Of a stretch of DNA of 64,000 nucleotides, positions 1 through 11,630 are shown one piece after another; position 1 is the stretch's first letter, and every line of letters begins with the position of its first letter. The stretch is from Candidatus Poribacteria bacterium. GTDB taxonomy: Bacteria > Poribacteria > WGA-4E > WGA-3G. The notes beneath the pieces were generated by a model that was given only the letters and a program-made list of their open reading frames with translations, made no database searches and had not been told where the DNA came from. Where the stretch lies: positions 256,001-320,000 of the forward strand of contig CAXXUA010000006.1 of NCBI GenBank assembly GCA_963663765.2, in the 5' to 3' direction. A program made the translations under genes and the position numbers.

Positions 1-88
1 CAGAATCTGCTGTGATGATGTCACATACTTGGCGGACCTGTTCACCCGTTGAGAGTGAACTCCCGCCAAACTTAGATACTTTTAACAA
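1..88 (-). CDS. Aspartate kinase, 5' part (runs off window start)
   Basis: Manual translation from TTG at 88: (M)LKVSKFGGSSLSTGEQVRQVCDIITADS, containing the amino-acid-kinase KFGGSS motif; GGAGG RBS upstream. Confidence 0.8.
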   Translation of the reverse strand, partial: MLKVSKFGGSSLSTGEQVRQVCDIITADS

Positions 89-181
89 TCCAATCCTCCA
101 ATTCATTACCCTGTGTATAATAGAAATAATTCACTAATATAGACATTAGACATGAAATATTCAATTCCAAATTCCATTGTC

Positions 182-210
182 ATTTTACCACGTATACATT
201 TTTATGTCAA
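182..210 (-). promoter_or_regulatory. sigma70-type promoter for the aspartate kinase gene
   Basis: TTGACA-17 nt-TAAAAT on the minus strand. Confidence 0.55.
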
Positions 211-229
211 AAAATTATACAAAGCGGAA

Positions 230-535
230 CGGATATTCAGTTTTAAGAGTTTTCTGTTCTTGAGATTTACTGAAAGTTAATTCCCAGGTTCGGTTTCCTA
301 ACCGAACTTTACGCATCAATTTTACATTATTGAAACATGAACATCGCTCTTTAGTCCCGCCAAATGCTATATGCGCATTTGGCGTTGATTTGATAGGGAC
401 GATATGTTTATAGAAACGAGTACCCTCCCCAGTTCTTTAGTCCCGTAGAGACTAAAGACATAAACAAGATGGCATCACATAAAATTAACGACATAGTAAT
501 ATATTATCAAAAATATTGAAAACAGAATAACCCGA
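230..535. mobile_element. Degenerate MITE of the CAGGGTTATTCAGTTTT-end family carrying REP hairpins
   Basis: Similar to 37853-38246; ends gatattcagtttt / aaaacagaataaccc; contains agtcccgtagggac REPs and a 34-bp insert at 359-392. Confidence 0.6.
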
Positions 536-903
536 ACAAAATGGGGTGTGTAAAGTTTTTTGCAAGGTATTATCTGAATTGTTGGTGTTTCTCTTGTGGG
601 AGGGGTTTTCAACCCCGATTTGAATTACAGATTACGCAGTTGCCATAAGAGGGAGAGATTAGGTAGGAGTGACCAGAAGGTCGCACCTACCGAGGAGAGG
701 ATCTACATTCGGCAATAATAGTCGCATTTCATAATGAAACAAGATTTATTTCAAATGGTATAACAACATGTCAAATACTTTACACTACCGTGAAACAACA
801 TTCTGTTGAAGCACAAAATGATTGTAAATGTGAAGTACGGAGTTCGCGGAATAATCTGACTCGCGGATGACAGTGATTACTATTTCTATGAACGACTCAT
901 CCC

Positions 904-3241
904 TTACTTCAAAATAAGCATTTTTCGGGTTGACGTAAAATCCTCCGCGGTAAATTTAAAATAGTAAACGCCACTTGATACATTTTCTCCATTCTCATTT
1001 TTTCCATCCCAATGCGCGGCTTTCGACTGTGAGGTGTAAAGACCGGCTTGCTGATGTCCAATATCTAACTTCCGAATTAATATTCCATCAGCAGCAAAAA
1101 CTTCAATTGAGACATTCGCAGGTTTGGAAAGTTGATAAGGTATCCACGTCTCAGGATTGAACGGGTTAGGGTAATTTTGGAAAACCGCAGTCGTCTTAAT
1201 TGTTCCCCACCTTGTATATTGCTTTCCTTTAGGGTCAACCGAGAGAGTACCATCAATTGAAAATGGCCACAATAGTATTGTGCCGTCATTACTTGCTGAA
1301 GCAAGTGTCAAGCCATCATAACTGAATGATACGCGATTAACATCAGAAGTGTGTCCAATCATTGTCTTGATAGGATTACCTGTAAAAACCTCCCAGAGAC
1401 GAATCGTTTTATCGCTACTCCCTGATGCAAGTGTGCGTCCGTTCGGACTGAATGAGACAGAGTTGACCCTATCCGTGTGACCAGTCAAAGTCGGGAGATG
1501 AGTACCGGAGTCTACATTCCACAACCGAACCGTATCATCAATACTTGCAGATGCAAGTATTTCACCATCGGGACTAAATGCTACATCCATGATTGTACCT
1601 CTATGTTCTGTCAGTATTCTTAGAAAGATACCACTATCCACTTCCCAGAGACGAACGTCTCCATCATTACTGCCTGATGCAAGCAACTTACCATCAGGGC
1701 TGAATGAAATACCTAACACCCAATCAAAATGTCCGCTCAAAGTTCGAAGATGATCACCTGTACTTACCTCCCAAAGTCGAATTGTGTGGTCTTCACTTGC
1801 TGAAGCGATGATTTGATTATCTGGACTGAAAGCAACATCTGAAATATCCTCTGTATGCCCAATCAACGTCCGTAGATGGATACCTGTGTCAAGATCCCAC
1901 AACCGAATCGTATCATCATAGCTAGCAGAAGCTAATATTTCTCCATCAGAACTGATATCTACGTTTAGAACCGGACCCGTATGTCCGGGCAGTGTACGGA
2001 CGTGACTTCGATTGGTTAAATCCCATATTTGAATACTATTGTCAAAACTCGCTGATGCAAGTAATTGGCTATCCGGAGTGAAAGAGACACCCCTAATCCA
2101 AAAAAAATATTCTGAAAAAGTCTTGATTAAATTCCCACTACTAACATCCCATAGACGCATTGTGTGATCAAGACTACTAGATGCAAGTAACTGATTATCT
2201 TGGCTGAATGCAACAGTATGGACCCGTCCAGTATGATCTGTCAACGTTCTAATTAGATCACCATTACTAATGTCCCACAATCGAATCGTGTTATCTGTAC
2301 CCGATGATGCAAGCATTTCACCATCGGAACTGATAGTGACGCTCAGAACCCATGAAGTATGTCCCTCAAGTGTCTGGAGATGATTACCAGAACTGACCTG
2401 CCACAACCGAATTGTAGTATCAGCACTACCCGTAGCGATTGTTTCTCCATCAGGGGTAAACGATAAATCATTTATAGAATATATATGCCCCGACAGGGTC
2501 CGAAGATGTTCACCAGTACGTGCATTCCAAAACCGTACCGTACTATCTTCACTACCCGAGGCAAGTATTTCACCGTCAGGACTAAAAGAAACGCTACGCA
2601 CTCTATCAGTATGTCCCTCCAGTGTATACACCTCTTCACCCGTACCAGCATCCCACAACCGGACAGTTTTATCGGAACTACCCGAGGCCAACATTTCTCC
2701 ATCTGAACTAAACGATACGCTAACGACCGGCCTAGTGCTTAGTCACGTGCTTATTGACGGATCTAAAAAGAAGTCGGGAATCGGAGTTCCCTCCTACAAT
2801 ACCAAGATTTCTGTAGGAGCGATCTCCGATTCGAAACCTACAATAGTATGTTGACTAAGCACTAGTATGTCCAGTTAATGTTCGGAGATGACTACCAGTA
2901 TTTATGTTCCATAGACGTATCGTATTGTCACTACTCGCAGATGCAAGTGTTTCTCCATCAGGACTAAGCGCAATACTGTTGACAGTGGATGTATGTCCAG
3001 TGAGTAAATCCTGTGGTTCATTTGTCTCTGCATCGTAAAACCAGATTCCGATGCTGCCTGCAACAATCAGTCTCGTGCCATCTTTCGTGAATGCAATATC
3101 TTTAATTTCACCTTTACCCAAACGTGCATTTGTATCTTCTGGTAATCCAATAGTTGTATAACTCTGTGCAAAACTGTACTGCAAATGGATATTTACTACA
3201 AACAGCAATGTTAAAGCAAACGCAATCAGCATCTTCTTCAT
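904..3241 (-). pseudogene. Secreted WD40-repeat protein with C-terminal FlgD/T9SS-like Ig domain, interrupted by a MITE
   Basis: ORF 2855-3241 (signal peptide plus first WD40) and ORF 904-2694 (WD40 repeats, NYPNPFNPETWIPY tail) join in frame after removing 2736-2865: ...TLTGHTRPVVSVSFSSDGEMLASG... Confidence 0.9.
2732..2865. mobile_element. 126-bp MITE with CTAG target duplication
   Basis: ctagtgcttagtca (2732-2745) and tgactaagcactag (2852-2865) form a perfect inverted repeat; internal GTAGGAGCGATCTCC REP hairpin. Confidence 0.9.
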
Positions 3242-3637
3242 AAAAACTACTCCTTATATCATAAAAGGATTCAGTTCTAATTTCTTAATGTTATCCTAAT
3301 CACTCTATTTTCTTAATGTTATCCTAATCACTCTATTCTATATCGTAGTACCTATTATATTCAAACTAATCATAATTAGTCAACAGGAAAAATGGGTGTG
3401 TACAGAGTTATTCAACTGTTACTCTATATCTTTGTTGGTGGGTTTTGTAACCCCGATTTGTTATGCTGCTTCTCTAAAACCAGGGTTAGAAACCCTCCCA
3501 TAATAGTCCATATCGGACAATTGAATACCTCTGGGATATATCAGATTTAGCATGAGAAGGCAAGCTATATTTGATATATACGAATATACACTAACTAATA
3601 TCTACAATTGAATGCCTCTGCGTAAGAATTCTGATTC

Positions 3638-3666
3638 TTGACAACTCAATGTTGATATGCTATACT
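3638..3666 (+). promoter_or_regulatory. sigma70 promoter
   Basis: TTGACA-17-TATACT upstream of the 3750-7890 gene run. Confidence 0.7.
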
Positions 3667-3749
3667 AATAAACAGTTTTTCTTATGGAAAATAAAGTCCA
3701 AATTTATGTATTTTCAAACATTTTAGATTAGAAATGGAGTGCAATACTC

Positions 3750-4340
3750 ATGGATATCAAACAAACTTTAGACAATAGAATCTCAGAATACAATCTTCTT
3801 AAACATCCCTTCTATCAAGCATGGAGTGCCGGTGAACTACCAATTGATGCATTGAAGTGTTATGCACGTGAATATGGTGCATTTATCTCTACAATGCCAA
3901 AGGGATGGGAAACATTGAATGATGTAGAAACAGCAGAAGAAGAAACAGAACATATTGAATTGTGGCAAGATTTTGCTGACGGTCTTAATACAGAAATTTC
4001 TGATGCACAAATCCCCCAGGTGAAGACTCTTTTAGATACAGCAGACAACCTTTTTTCAAACAGTAACACCGCATTAGGGGCGCTCTATGCTTTTGAGGTA
4101 CAGCAACCTGAAACCGCGAAATCAAAATTAGCAGGTTTGAAGGAATTCTATCAATTACCTGATAAAGTTGAACCGTATTTCGTAACACATTCACACAATG
4201 AACACGAAGCTGAAAAACTACTTGAGCAGATAAATACATTACCAGCAGATTTGCAGGAGACAGTGATACAAGCGTGCGAACAGATGAGTCGTGCTTTATG
4301 GGATGCACTTACAGGAATCCACGATGCCGAATGCGCTTGA
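3750..4340 (+). CDS. CADD/PqqC-like heme-oxygenase-fold diiron protein
   Basis: LKHPFYQAWSAGEL, YAREY, EEETEHIELW and LYAFEVQQP..AKSKLAGL motifs resemble the CADD family. Confidence 0.75.
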   Translation: MDIKQTLDNRISEYNLLKHPFYQAWSAGELPIDALKCYAREYGAFISTMPKGWETLNDVETAEEETEHIELWQDFADGLNTEISDAQIPQVKTLLDTADNLFSNSNTALGALYAFEVQQPETAKSKLAGLKEFYQLPDKVEPYFVTHSHNEHEAEKLLEQINTLPADLQETVIQACEQMSRALWDALTGIHDAECA

Positions 4341-4710
4341 TACGGTGAAAGCATATTTTGACGCACTTGTTGCAAAAGATGCTGAAACCCTTATTGCAAT
4401 GATGCTCCCTGTTACACACTATGTAAAAATAGGTACAGATGCAGGTGAAATTATTGTTGGCGAGGAAGGTCTTGTGGAATATTACCGTAACCATGTTGCG
4501 AGTACTGAGGATTTCAGCATCAATCTCATCAACCTTGATGTACAAGAACGCGAAAATGTTGCTTGGTTCTACACACGTCAACTTTGGAAACTCAAGTGGA
4601 AAGGTAATTCAGAAGAATTTGTGATGCGAATAACAGGTGTTTTAGAAAAGATTGATGAGTCTTGGAAGTTCGCACAAATTCATGCGTCCATTGGAGTTTC
4701 TATATCTTAG
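4324..4710 (+). CDS. SnoaL/NTF2-like domain protein
   Basis: IGTDAGE..., RITGVLEK..WKFAQIHAS pattern; ATG at 4324 overlaps the upstream gene. Confidence 0.75.
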   Translation: MPNALDTVKAYFDALVAKDAETLIAMMLPVTHYVKIGTDAGEIIVGEEGLVEYYRNHVASTEDFSINLINLDVQERENVAWFYTRQLWKLKWKGNSEEFVMRITGVLEKIDESWKFAQIHASIGVSIS

Positions 4711-4728
4711 TACTTTGAGGTAAAGTTC

Positions 4729-5424
4729 TTGAATATTTCTGTTATCTCATTTGATGGTGATATGACCTTATGGGATTTTGTTAAGGTCATGCGACATTCT
4801 CTGAATCAGACATTGATTGAATTACAAAAATATGTTAAAACCCAACATGCTTCAGATCTCACCATTGATAAGATGATTGAAATCAGAAATACGTATGCGG
4901 AAGAAGTTAAAGGTAAAATCTGGAACCTTGTAGAAATTAGACGCGGTGCATTTGAACGGACTCTTGAACTCGTTGGTTCTCCAAACAAAAAACTTGCTAA
5001 ACATCTTCATAATAAATATATTAGACACCGTTTTGAAAATATAGAACTATATCCTGATGTCATTTCAACACTTGACATGTTAGCACCACATTTCAAGTTA
5101 GGTCTACTCTCAAATGGAAATACCTACCCTGAACGATGTGGACTTGAGGATCGGTTCGCGTTTGTTGTATTTTCTCAAGATGTGCAAGTTGAAAAACCAG
5201 ATCCAAAAATCTTTGAGATAACTGCTCAGAGAGTAGGTTGTGAATTCACAAAATTGCTTCATGTAGGAGATTCACTCAAAAATGATGTAGCAGGAGCAAA
5301 GAATGTTGGTGCATCATCAGTTTGGCTCAACCGTGAAGGTGTAAGGAACGATACAGGAATTCAACCTGACTACGAAGTGACTTCCTTGACTGAAATCCCC
5401 GAAATATTAGGATTGAAAAGGTGA
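4729..5424 (+). CDS. HAD-superfamily hydrolase
   Basis: SFDGDMTLWD motif I, LSNGN, EKPDPKIF, HVGDSLKND. Confidence 0.9.
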   Translation: MNISVISFDGDMTLWDFVKVMRHSLNQTLIELQKYVKTQHASDLTIDKMIEIRNTYAEEVKGKIWNLVEIRRGAFERTLELVGSPNKKLAKHLHNKYIRHRFENIELYPDVISTLDMLAPHFKLGLLSNGNTYPERCGLEDRFAFVVFSQDVQVEKPDPKIFEITAQRVGCEFTKLLHVGDSLKNDVAGAKNVGASSVWLNREGVRNDTGIQPDYEVTSLTEIPEILGLKR

Positions 5425-5425
5425 A

Positions 5426-5710
5426 ATGATGATTACAATTTCTGAAGAACTTAAACAGGCAGTACAGGATTCCAAAGACAACTTTGTGCGTCTTGTGGAT
5501 CCAGAGACAAATGCTGAATATGTTGTTTTACCCGCAAAAACATTTGATCAAATTCAAGAAGGACTATTTTACGACGACGGTCCACTTTCCGATGAGGAGC
5601 AGAGTGAGTTACTTGTAGAAATGGGGCTGAGCATGGGATGGGATAATCCTGAAATGGATGTTTACAACGAACTTGATCCACGGAGGAATAATGAAGGTTC
5701 AACGCAGTGA
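5426..5710 (+). CDS. Putative antitoxin (small acidic protein)
   Basis: Overlaps the downstream PemK/MazF gene; acidic C-terminus GWDNPEMDVYNE. Confidence 0.6.
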   Translation: MMITISEELKQAVQDSKDNFVRLVDPETNAEYVVLPAKTFDQIQEGLFYDDGPLSDEEQSELLVEMGLSMGWDNPEMDVYNELDPRRNNEGSTQ

Positions 5711-6050
5711 CATAGTTCTTGTGGATTTTCCTTATAGTAATCAGATGGAAAGTAAAATACGCCCAGCACTTGTTGTTCAAGCGGATGTTTGGAACCAAAG
5801 GCTCAATAGCACAATTCTCGCAGGTATCACAAGTAGTCGTCTTCGAAGAGTCGGTGCACCTACACAGTATTATATTGATATTTCTGCGATTGAAGGGGAA
5901 GAAACAGGACTTCGTCTTAATTCAGTAGTTCAATGTGAAAAGTTAATCGCTTACAATCAAAACCGAATCCTACGCGTTATTGGTAACTTTTCCGATGCTG
6001 TAATGTTGCAGATAGATAAATGTCTCCAATCCGCATTAGGCATACGATAA
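5691..6050 (+). CDS. PemK/MazF-family toxin
   Basis: RSDIVLVDFPYS..SKIRPALVVQ..GITS; GGAGG RBS before ATG at 5691. Confidence 0.85.
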   Translation: MKVQRSDIVLVDFPYSNQMESKIRPALVVQADVWNQRLNSTILAGITSSRLRRVGAPTQYYIDISAIEGEETGLRLNSVVQCEKLIAYNQNRILRVIGNFSDAVMLQIDKCLQSALGIR

Positions 6051-6065
6051 ATACAGGTACTTTTG

Positions 6066-7076
6066 ATGCAAAAACGAGATTATTACGTAATACTAAATGT
6101 ACCTCGTGATGCCTCTGCTGACGAAATAAAAAGAGCATACCATAAACTTGCACTCAAATACCACCCAGATAAGAATCCCAACGATGACATTGCAGCTGCG
6201 AAGTTTAGAGAAGCAACAGAAGCTTATGAAGTGCTGTCAGATGATACGCAACGAGAACGTTACAATCAAAATCTCACATCAAAACCTGGGTACGAAATGG
6301 TTTATGGGGATGACGGTGCAGAGATGGTGTTGATACCAGATGGAGAATATCTGATGGGATGCACCACTGGAGATACTGACGAAACTCCTATCCATTCAGT
6401 TTATCTTGACAATTTCTATATGGATAGGTACGCAGTGAAAAATGAACAATATCAAGCTTTTGTTGATCAAAACCCGCAGTGGAGCAAAAACAATATACCA
6501 AATGAATACCACGATGGGAACTATTTAAAACTTTGGGATAGAGAGAAGGGTTACGGGCAGGGAAAATACAATCATCCTGTCGTTGCTGTCAGTTGGTATG
6601 CAGCAATGGCGTATGCACAATGGTCAGGTAAACGATTACCAACAGAAGCTGAATGGGAAAAAGCCGCAAGAGGTGGATTAGTCAGTAAAACCTATCCCTG
6701 GGGAGACACAATAAGTAGAAACAAAGCAAATTACGGTATCCGTTGGGACGGCAGAGTCTCTTCAATCGCTACGACACCCGTCGGTAGTTTTCCACCAAAT
6801 AAATTCGGGTTATATGATATGGTAGGTAATGTTCGGGAGTGGTGTCTGGATGTCTACCAATCTGATTTCTACGAAAATTCACCAAGAAACAATCCAATCG
6901 CTGGTGAAAATATGGACATATTGTTATCGCACTATTTAGAGATAGACGGTTCTCGTGTTTTTCGCGGAGGAACATGGTATTATTCTCCTGATTCCTTACG
7001 ATTGACACGAAGGATGAGAGACATACCCTCCTTCGCTACTACGAGTGTTGGATTCCGATGTGTAAAAAAGGACTAA
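6066..7076 (+). CDS. J-domain fused to FGE-sulfatase (SUMF1/C-type-lectin-fold) domain
   Basis: [17 protein letters not shown] (HPD motif), then [36 protein letters not shown]. Confidence 0.9.
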   Translation: MQKRDYYVILNVPRDASADEIKRAYHKLALKYHPDKNPNDDIAAAKFREATEAYEVLSDDTQRERYNQNLTSKPGYEMVYGDDGAEMVLIPDGEYLMGCTTGDTDETPIHSVYLDNFYMDRYAVKNEQYQAFVDQNPQWSKNNIPNEYHDGNYLKLWDREKGYGQGKYNHPVVAVSWYAAMAYAQWSGKRLPTEAEWEKAARGGLVSKTYPWGDTISRNKANYGIRWDGRVSSIATTPVGSFPPNKFGLYDMVGNVREWCLDVYQSDFYENSPRNNPIAGENMDILLSHYLEIDGSRVFRGGTWYYSPDSLRLTRRMRDIPSFATTSVGFRCVKKD

Positions 7077-7077
7077 T

Positions 7078-7890
7078 ATGATGATGACTCCAGAACAACG
7101 GTATCTGTTTGATGTCATGGGTTACCTGCATCTCAAAAATGTAATCAAGGGAGAAGAACTCAGGGCTGCACAGGAAGCTGCTGATTCATACATAAATGCA
7201 AATCCACAGGAACTACCAACCGGTTTCGATTCAAGTGGGAAACATCTACCAAACGGTTTTGCATTCGCCAAACCTTTAGAAGCACTTACACTCCACCCAG
7301 CGAGTTGGTCCATCATCAAGGAACTAACGGATAATAAACCACAACTTGCACGTGGCACGATGATTGCCGACAGGCTTGGTGTACCAGAGGGGGGAGAAGC
7401 CTTACGACTACATTGCGCACGAGAAGATTATGGACGCGACAGAAACTGTTTCGAAAACCGAAACGGTAAAATCTACTGCGATGATTTTGTCGTTTTTCCT
7501 TACCTCACTGATGTACAGCCCGGTGATGGAGGACTCCTAGTTATTCCCGGTTCACACAAAGCCGAATTTGACCGGCCTCTAACCCTTTTCAACAATGGAA
7601 CACCTGACGATGTCATTGATATACCAGAGGGTGTCGTCAACATCACACCAAACGCTGGAGATATAGTGATTATCTCCGAACTCTTGTCACACGGTGCACT
7701 GCCTTGGATACCAAAAGATCGATACCGTTGCATCTTAACCTTACGCTATAGACCACAAAATCGAGGTGAGAGCAGAGTGTCTGCAGAAGTTAGAGAAAGA
7801 CTATCCCCAGAAACTATAGAACTTATTTCACACGCCGACCTTTCACATACAAAAGATATTGTTAAGCATGATGTTATCACGCTGACGTAA
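7078..7890 (+). CDS. Phytanoyl-CoA dioxygenase (PhyH) family protein
   Basis: YLFDVMGYL, GGLLVIPGSHK, AGD...LSHG. Confidence 0.8.
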   Translation: MMMTPEQRYLFDVMGYLHLKNVIKGEELRAAQEAADSYINANPQELPTGFDSSGKHLPNGFAFAKPLEALTLHPASWSIIKELTDNKPQLARGTMIADRLGVPEGGEALRLHCAREDYGRDRNCFENRNGKIYCDDFVVFPYLTDVQPGDGGLLVIPGSHKAEFDRPLTLFNNGTPDDVIDIPEGVVNITPNAGDIVIISELLSHGALPWIPKDRYRCILTLRYRPQNRGESRVSAEVRERLSPETIELISHADLSHTKDIVKHDVITLT

Positions 7891-7895
7891 TCGGG

Positions 7896-8771
7896 CTAAT
7901 GAACTGGTCTCACCGATGGTGCGCCATGTTTTTCGCACCATGATGCAAGCGGACTTTCTCCACCACTGGGAATAAATTCTTTCGTTTTATTGAAGGATTC
8001 ACCCACTAAATACTGCTCAAGTGGGGTGAGTTTGTCCAACAATGTCTTCTCCTGTGTCCGATAATCCATCGGCATCACCCATCGGTATCCGTAACCGATC
8101 ATCACCCCCTTACGGGTCCGGTCAGTTAAATTCGCAGCACCAGCATGAAAAGTACGGTTTTCAAACAGAAGACAATCACCAGGTTGTAGACTTGCTTCAA
8201 GTGCACCATCGGGATCCGTCTGTCCTTTCGGAATGGCAAAACTTTCCAGAAGGTGGTTGCTTCCGGGGGCAACAAGCGTTACACCAGAATTGGGTTCACT
8301 CAGATCAGTGAAGTAGTATGCACATTTTAGCAATAGACGGGGTACCGTATTTCCATGTGTTTTCTTTGCCATGCTGTAGTCACGATGCCAACCGGGTTCA
8401 CGCACGGTATCTGGTGTACCCGATGGGTTTGGGTATTTGTATATCAGGTGTGAGGTCATCAGTTGTAAATGCGCACCAAGCAACTGCACCACAATCGGGA
8501 GGATAGTCTCCTGCGTGAGCAATGGAATAAAGGCATCGTCAATAGAGATGCAATTTCGGAAACCATCGTATGAATTGCGACTATTGAGTTGACGGTACTC
8601 ACGACGATCACTCGCTATCATTCTGTCGCTCACCTCAATCAATTGCCCGATGGAATCTGAGTCCAGAACATTACGTATAATGAGATAGCCTTTGTCGTCA
8701 AAATGGCGGATCTCTTCATCAGAGAGTGGATGCCAATCAAGATTATTTACTGCTTCGTTAGCGTGTGTCAT
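7896..8771 (-). CDS. Phytanoyl-CoA dioxygenase (PhyH) family protein
   Basis: GWHRD, VAPGSN, PGDCLLFENRTFHAGAAN...R. Confidence 0.88.
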   Translation of the reverse strand: MTHANEAVNNLDWHPLSDEEIRHFDDKGYLIIRNVLDSDSIGQLIEVSDRMIASDRREYRQLNSRNSYDGFRNCISIDDAFIPLLTQETILPIVVQLLGAHLQLMTSHLIYKYPNPSGTPDTVREPGWHRDYSMAKKTHGNTVPRLLLKCAYYFTDLSEPNSGVTLVAPGSNHLLESFAIPKGQTDPDGALEASLQPGDCLLFENRTFHAGAANLTDRTRKGVMIGYGYRWVMPMDYRTQEKTLLDKLTPLEQYLVGESFNKTKEFIPSGGESPLASWCEKHGAPSVRPVH

Positions 8772-9282
8772 TGTTTTACCTCCTATGTATTATTTAGGAA
8801 TGAGAACATAGATTGTAATATGAGAACTACTGGGGTATTATCATAACCTAAGTTGAAACAAAGATGTACAAACATTTATAGTAAAATCCATAATTACTGA
8901 TACACAACGGTAGGTTCGGTTTCCTAACCGAACCTATGGGTCAATTTAATAAAAATATGTTGGTGTTTCTCTTGTGGGAGGGATTTTCAACCCCGATTTA
9001 GCAATTTGAAACCTGTATAATCGGGGTTGAAAGCCCCTCCCATATTGGTGAAAACTTAAAAATACGCTTGTATTACTATGACTCCTTGTCAATACCCAAT
9101 GTTATTGGGATTGTCTTATATACAGTCCCGTAGGGACGATATGTTTATAGAACATACACGAACAACCATTCGTTAGTCTCGTAGGGACGATATGTTTGTT
9201 CGAACCCCATCTTATATACAATTCGTCCCTAATGAAGATTAAGTTATTAAACGGGTAATTAAATATTTCTCACTCGGTAAGC

Positions 9283-9419
9283 GGGGAATGCCTTAATGGC
9301 ATTCATACCGTTGATTTGGACGAATGCCATAGGCGCATTCGGCGTTGATTTGGGGGAATGCCAAAAGGTATTCATACCGTTGATTTCTTGATTTCTTGGT
9401 TTCTTGGTTTCTTGATTTG
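9283..9419 (-). mobile_element. Stack of three 34-36 bp CAAATCAACG mini-elements (B-A-B) inside a REP
   Basis: 9283-9318, 9319-9352 and 9353-9419 (last one with an 8-bp slippage repeat) split the REP gtaagc^gtgctttgtaag. Confidence 0.8.
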
Positions 9420-9551
9420 GTGCTTTGTAAGTGCACCCACAATGGTATGCGTGCTTTGTAAGCGCACCAACGAATGAGTTAACTGACACAAGTCGTTATA
9501 CTAATTCATGTTTGCAAATTGTCCAATCTATAGTATAGTTATCAACTTGAA

Positions 9552-11630
9552 TTATCCTAACATCTCCACAAACGCATCAACATCCGTTGTCGGTTCTTGA
9601 CAAACATAATTTTCACAGACAAAAGCAGTTGCACTATTTTCAACCTGCGGTTTATTAACAAGGAGTGGTAATTGCGATTCTTCAGTCGGTTCACATAAAG
9701 CAACGACTTTGTTTGGCAAATACATTCCATGCATCGCAGCTAACATTGCCTTTGTTTTAGCATCCTCTTTATTGCCAATGATAGCAATTTCTTTCGGTGT
9801 AGATAGCAAAAACGCTAACTCACACAACAATTGACCAGAACCGGTAGGCATCACATCCATTTGGTGATAATAGAGTCTTAACGTCCTTACTGCTTTATCG
9901 TGCAATTCAGGTCTATCAAGATGTTTTGCAATTCGTAACAGACTATGAATTGCCATAGATGCGCCAGATGGTGTCGCACCATCGTAGGCAGATTTTGATT
10001 GGACAATAAGTGATTCGTGTGCTTTTCCAGTAAAGAAAAATCCTTCACCATCATCATCACCGAATTGTTCAATCATCCGATCTGTCAGACGTTCTGCTTC
10101 TGTAAGCCATTTTGAATCAAAACTTGCTTCGTATAACGCAATTAAACCAGCGATAAAATAAGAATAGTCCTCAAGATAAGCATTTAGATGACTTTTACCA
10201 GCACGGTAAGTACGGAACAACAAACCATTATCTTGAGTAAGTGTGGTTAAAACAAACTCCGCAGACTTTTCACATGCAGTCAGATACGCAGAATTACCAG
10301 TCAACTGATATCCCATTGCCATTCCACGTATCATGATCCCATTCCAACTAGTAAGGATTTTGTCATCAAGTCCCGGTTTGATCCGTTGTTTTCTTTCTGC
10401 AAATAATTTCTTTCTCCCATCAGAAAGGAGCGATTCCAATTCATCTTGATCCATTCCCAACTTACGTGCAAAGATGTCTGAGGGTGTTTGCACATGTAGA
10501 ATGTTTTCACCTTCAAAGTTACCATGTGGAGTGATGTCGTAATACTCGCAGAATATTTTTGCATTATCTTCTCCAATTATATCTTCAACTTCGGAGGGTT
10601 CCCAGACAAAAAATTTACCTTCCACTCCTTCACTATCTGCATCTTGTGTGGAATAGAATCCCCCATTTTCTGCATCATACATCTCCCGCAGCACATAGTC
10701 TAACGTCTCAGTGCCTATGTCACGATAGAAAGTATTTTGTGTCGCTTGGTATGCTTCAAAATAAGCTACAACAAGTTGTGCATTGTCATAAAGCATCTTT
10801 TCAAAGTGTGGAACTAACCATCGTTGATCTGTGGAATATCGATGAAATCCACCACCAAGTTGGTCATACAAACCACCACGCGCCATCTTCTCAAGCGTAA
10901 GCTCAACCATTTCTAAAGCATTCGCATTCCCACTATGTTGCCAATAACACAATAGGAACGGCAAACCCATACTCGGTGGAAATTTTGGCGCATTCCCAAA
11001 GCCACCATACTGAGAATCAAATTGGGATCGGTATTGTTGAAATGCTTTCGTCATGAGTTCGTCAGTGAGTTCACTTATACTGGGATCCACAAGGTTACTC
11101 ATCCGATTTAGCTGCTGTGTAAGCTGGTCAGCTTGTTCGAGCACTTGTGTGTGTTTTTCGTTAAATGCTTCTGCAACAGCATGCATCACTTTGGGAAATC
11201 CGGGTCTTCCATACCTGTCTTCCGGTGGATAATATGTACCCCCAAAAAATGGTTTCAACTCAGGAGTAAGGAAAACAGTCATTGGCCAACCACCTTGACG
11301 AGTCATTGCTTGCACAGCACTCATATAGATTTCATCTAAATCAGGACGTTCCTCTCTGTCTACCTTGATGTTGACGAATAATTCGTTCATTATAGCCGCA
11401 ATCTCCTCATTTTCAAAAGATTCGCGTTCCATCACATGGCACCAATGACAAGCAGAATATCCAATACTAAGCAGGATAGGTCTCTGTTCACGTTTCGCAA
11501 GTTCCAACGCTTCTTCACCCCAAGGATACCAGTCAACGGGGTTATGTGCATGTTGGATTAAATAAGGACTCGTTTCGTTGATAAGACGGTTGCTGTGTTT
11601 GGGAGTTTCATGCATGTGTGCATTCTCCAA
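9552..11630 (-). CDS. YyaL/SSP411-like thioredoxin-domain protein
   Basis: [47 protein letters not shown]. Confidence 0.93.
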   Translation of the reverse strand: MENAHMHETPKHSNRLINETSPYLIQHAHNPVDWYPWGEEALELAKREQRPILLSIGYSACHWCHVMERESFENEEIAAIMNELFVNIKVDREERPDLDEIYMSAVQAMTRQGGWPMTVFLTPELKPFFGGTYYPPEDRYGRPGFPKVMHAVAEAFNEKHTQVLEQADQLTQQLNRMSNLVDPSISELTDELMTKAFQQYRSQFDSQYGGFGNAPKFPPSMGLPFLLCYWQHSGNANALEMVELTLEKMARGGLYDQLGGGFHRYSTDQRWLVPHFEKMLYDNAQLVVAYFEAYQATQNTFYRDIGTETLDYVLREMYDAENGGFYSTQDADSEGVEGKFFVWEPSEVEDIIGEDNAKIFCEYYDITPHGNFEGENILHVQTPSDIFARKLGMDQDELESLLSDGRKKLFAERKQRIKPGLDDKILTSWNGIMIRGMAMGYQLTGNSAYLTACEKSAEFVLTTLTQDNGLLFRTYRAGKSHLNAYLEDYSYFIAGLIALYEASFDSKWLTEAERLTDRMIEQFGDDDGEGFFFTGKAHESLIVQSKSAYDGATPSGASMAIHSLLRIAKHLDRPELHDKAVRTLRLYYHQMDVMPTGSGQLLCELAFLLSTPKEIAIIGNKEDAKTKAMLAAMHGMYLPNKVVALCEPTEESQLPLLVNKPQVENSATAFVCENYVCQEPTTDVDAFVEMLG

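Noticed and set aside
3280-3337. 28-bp direct tandem duplication upstream of the WD40 gene
   Set aside because: Single local duplication; no evidence of function.
6950-7076. DGR variable region in the C-lectin-fold tail
   Set aside because: No adenine-variant template repeat and no reverse transcriptase seen in the window.
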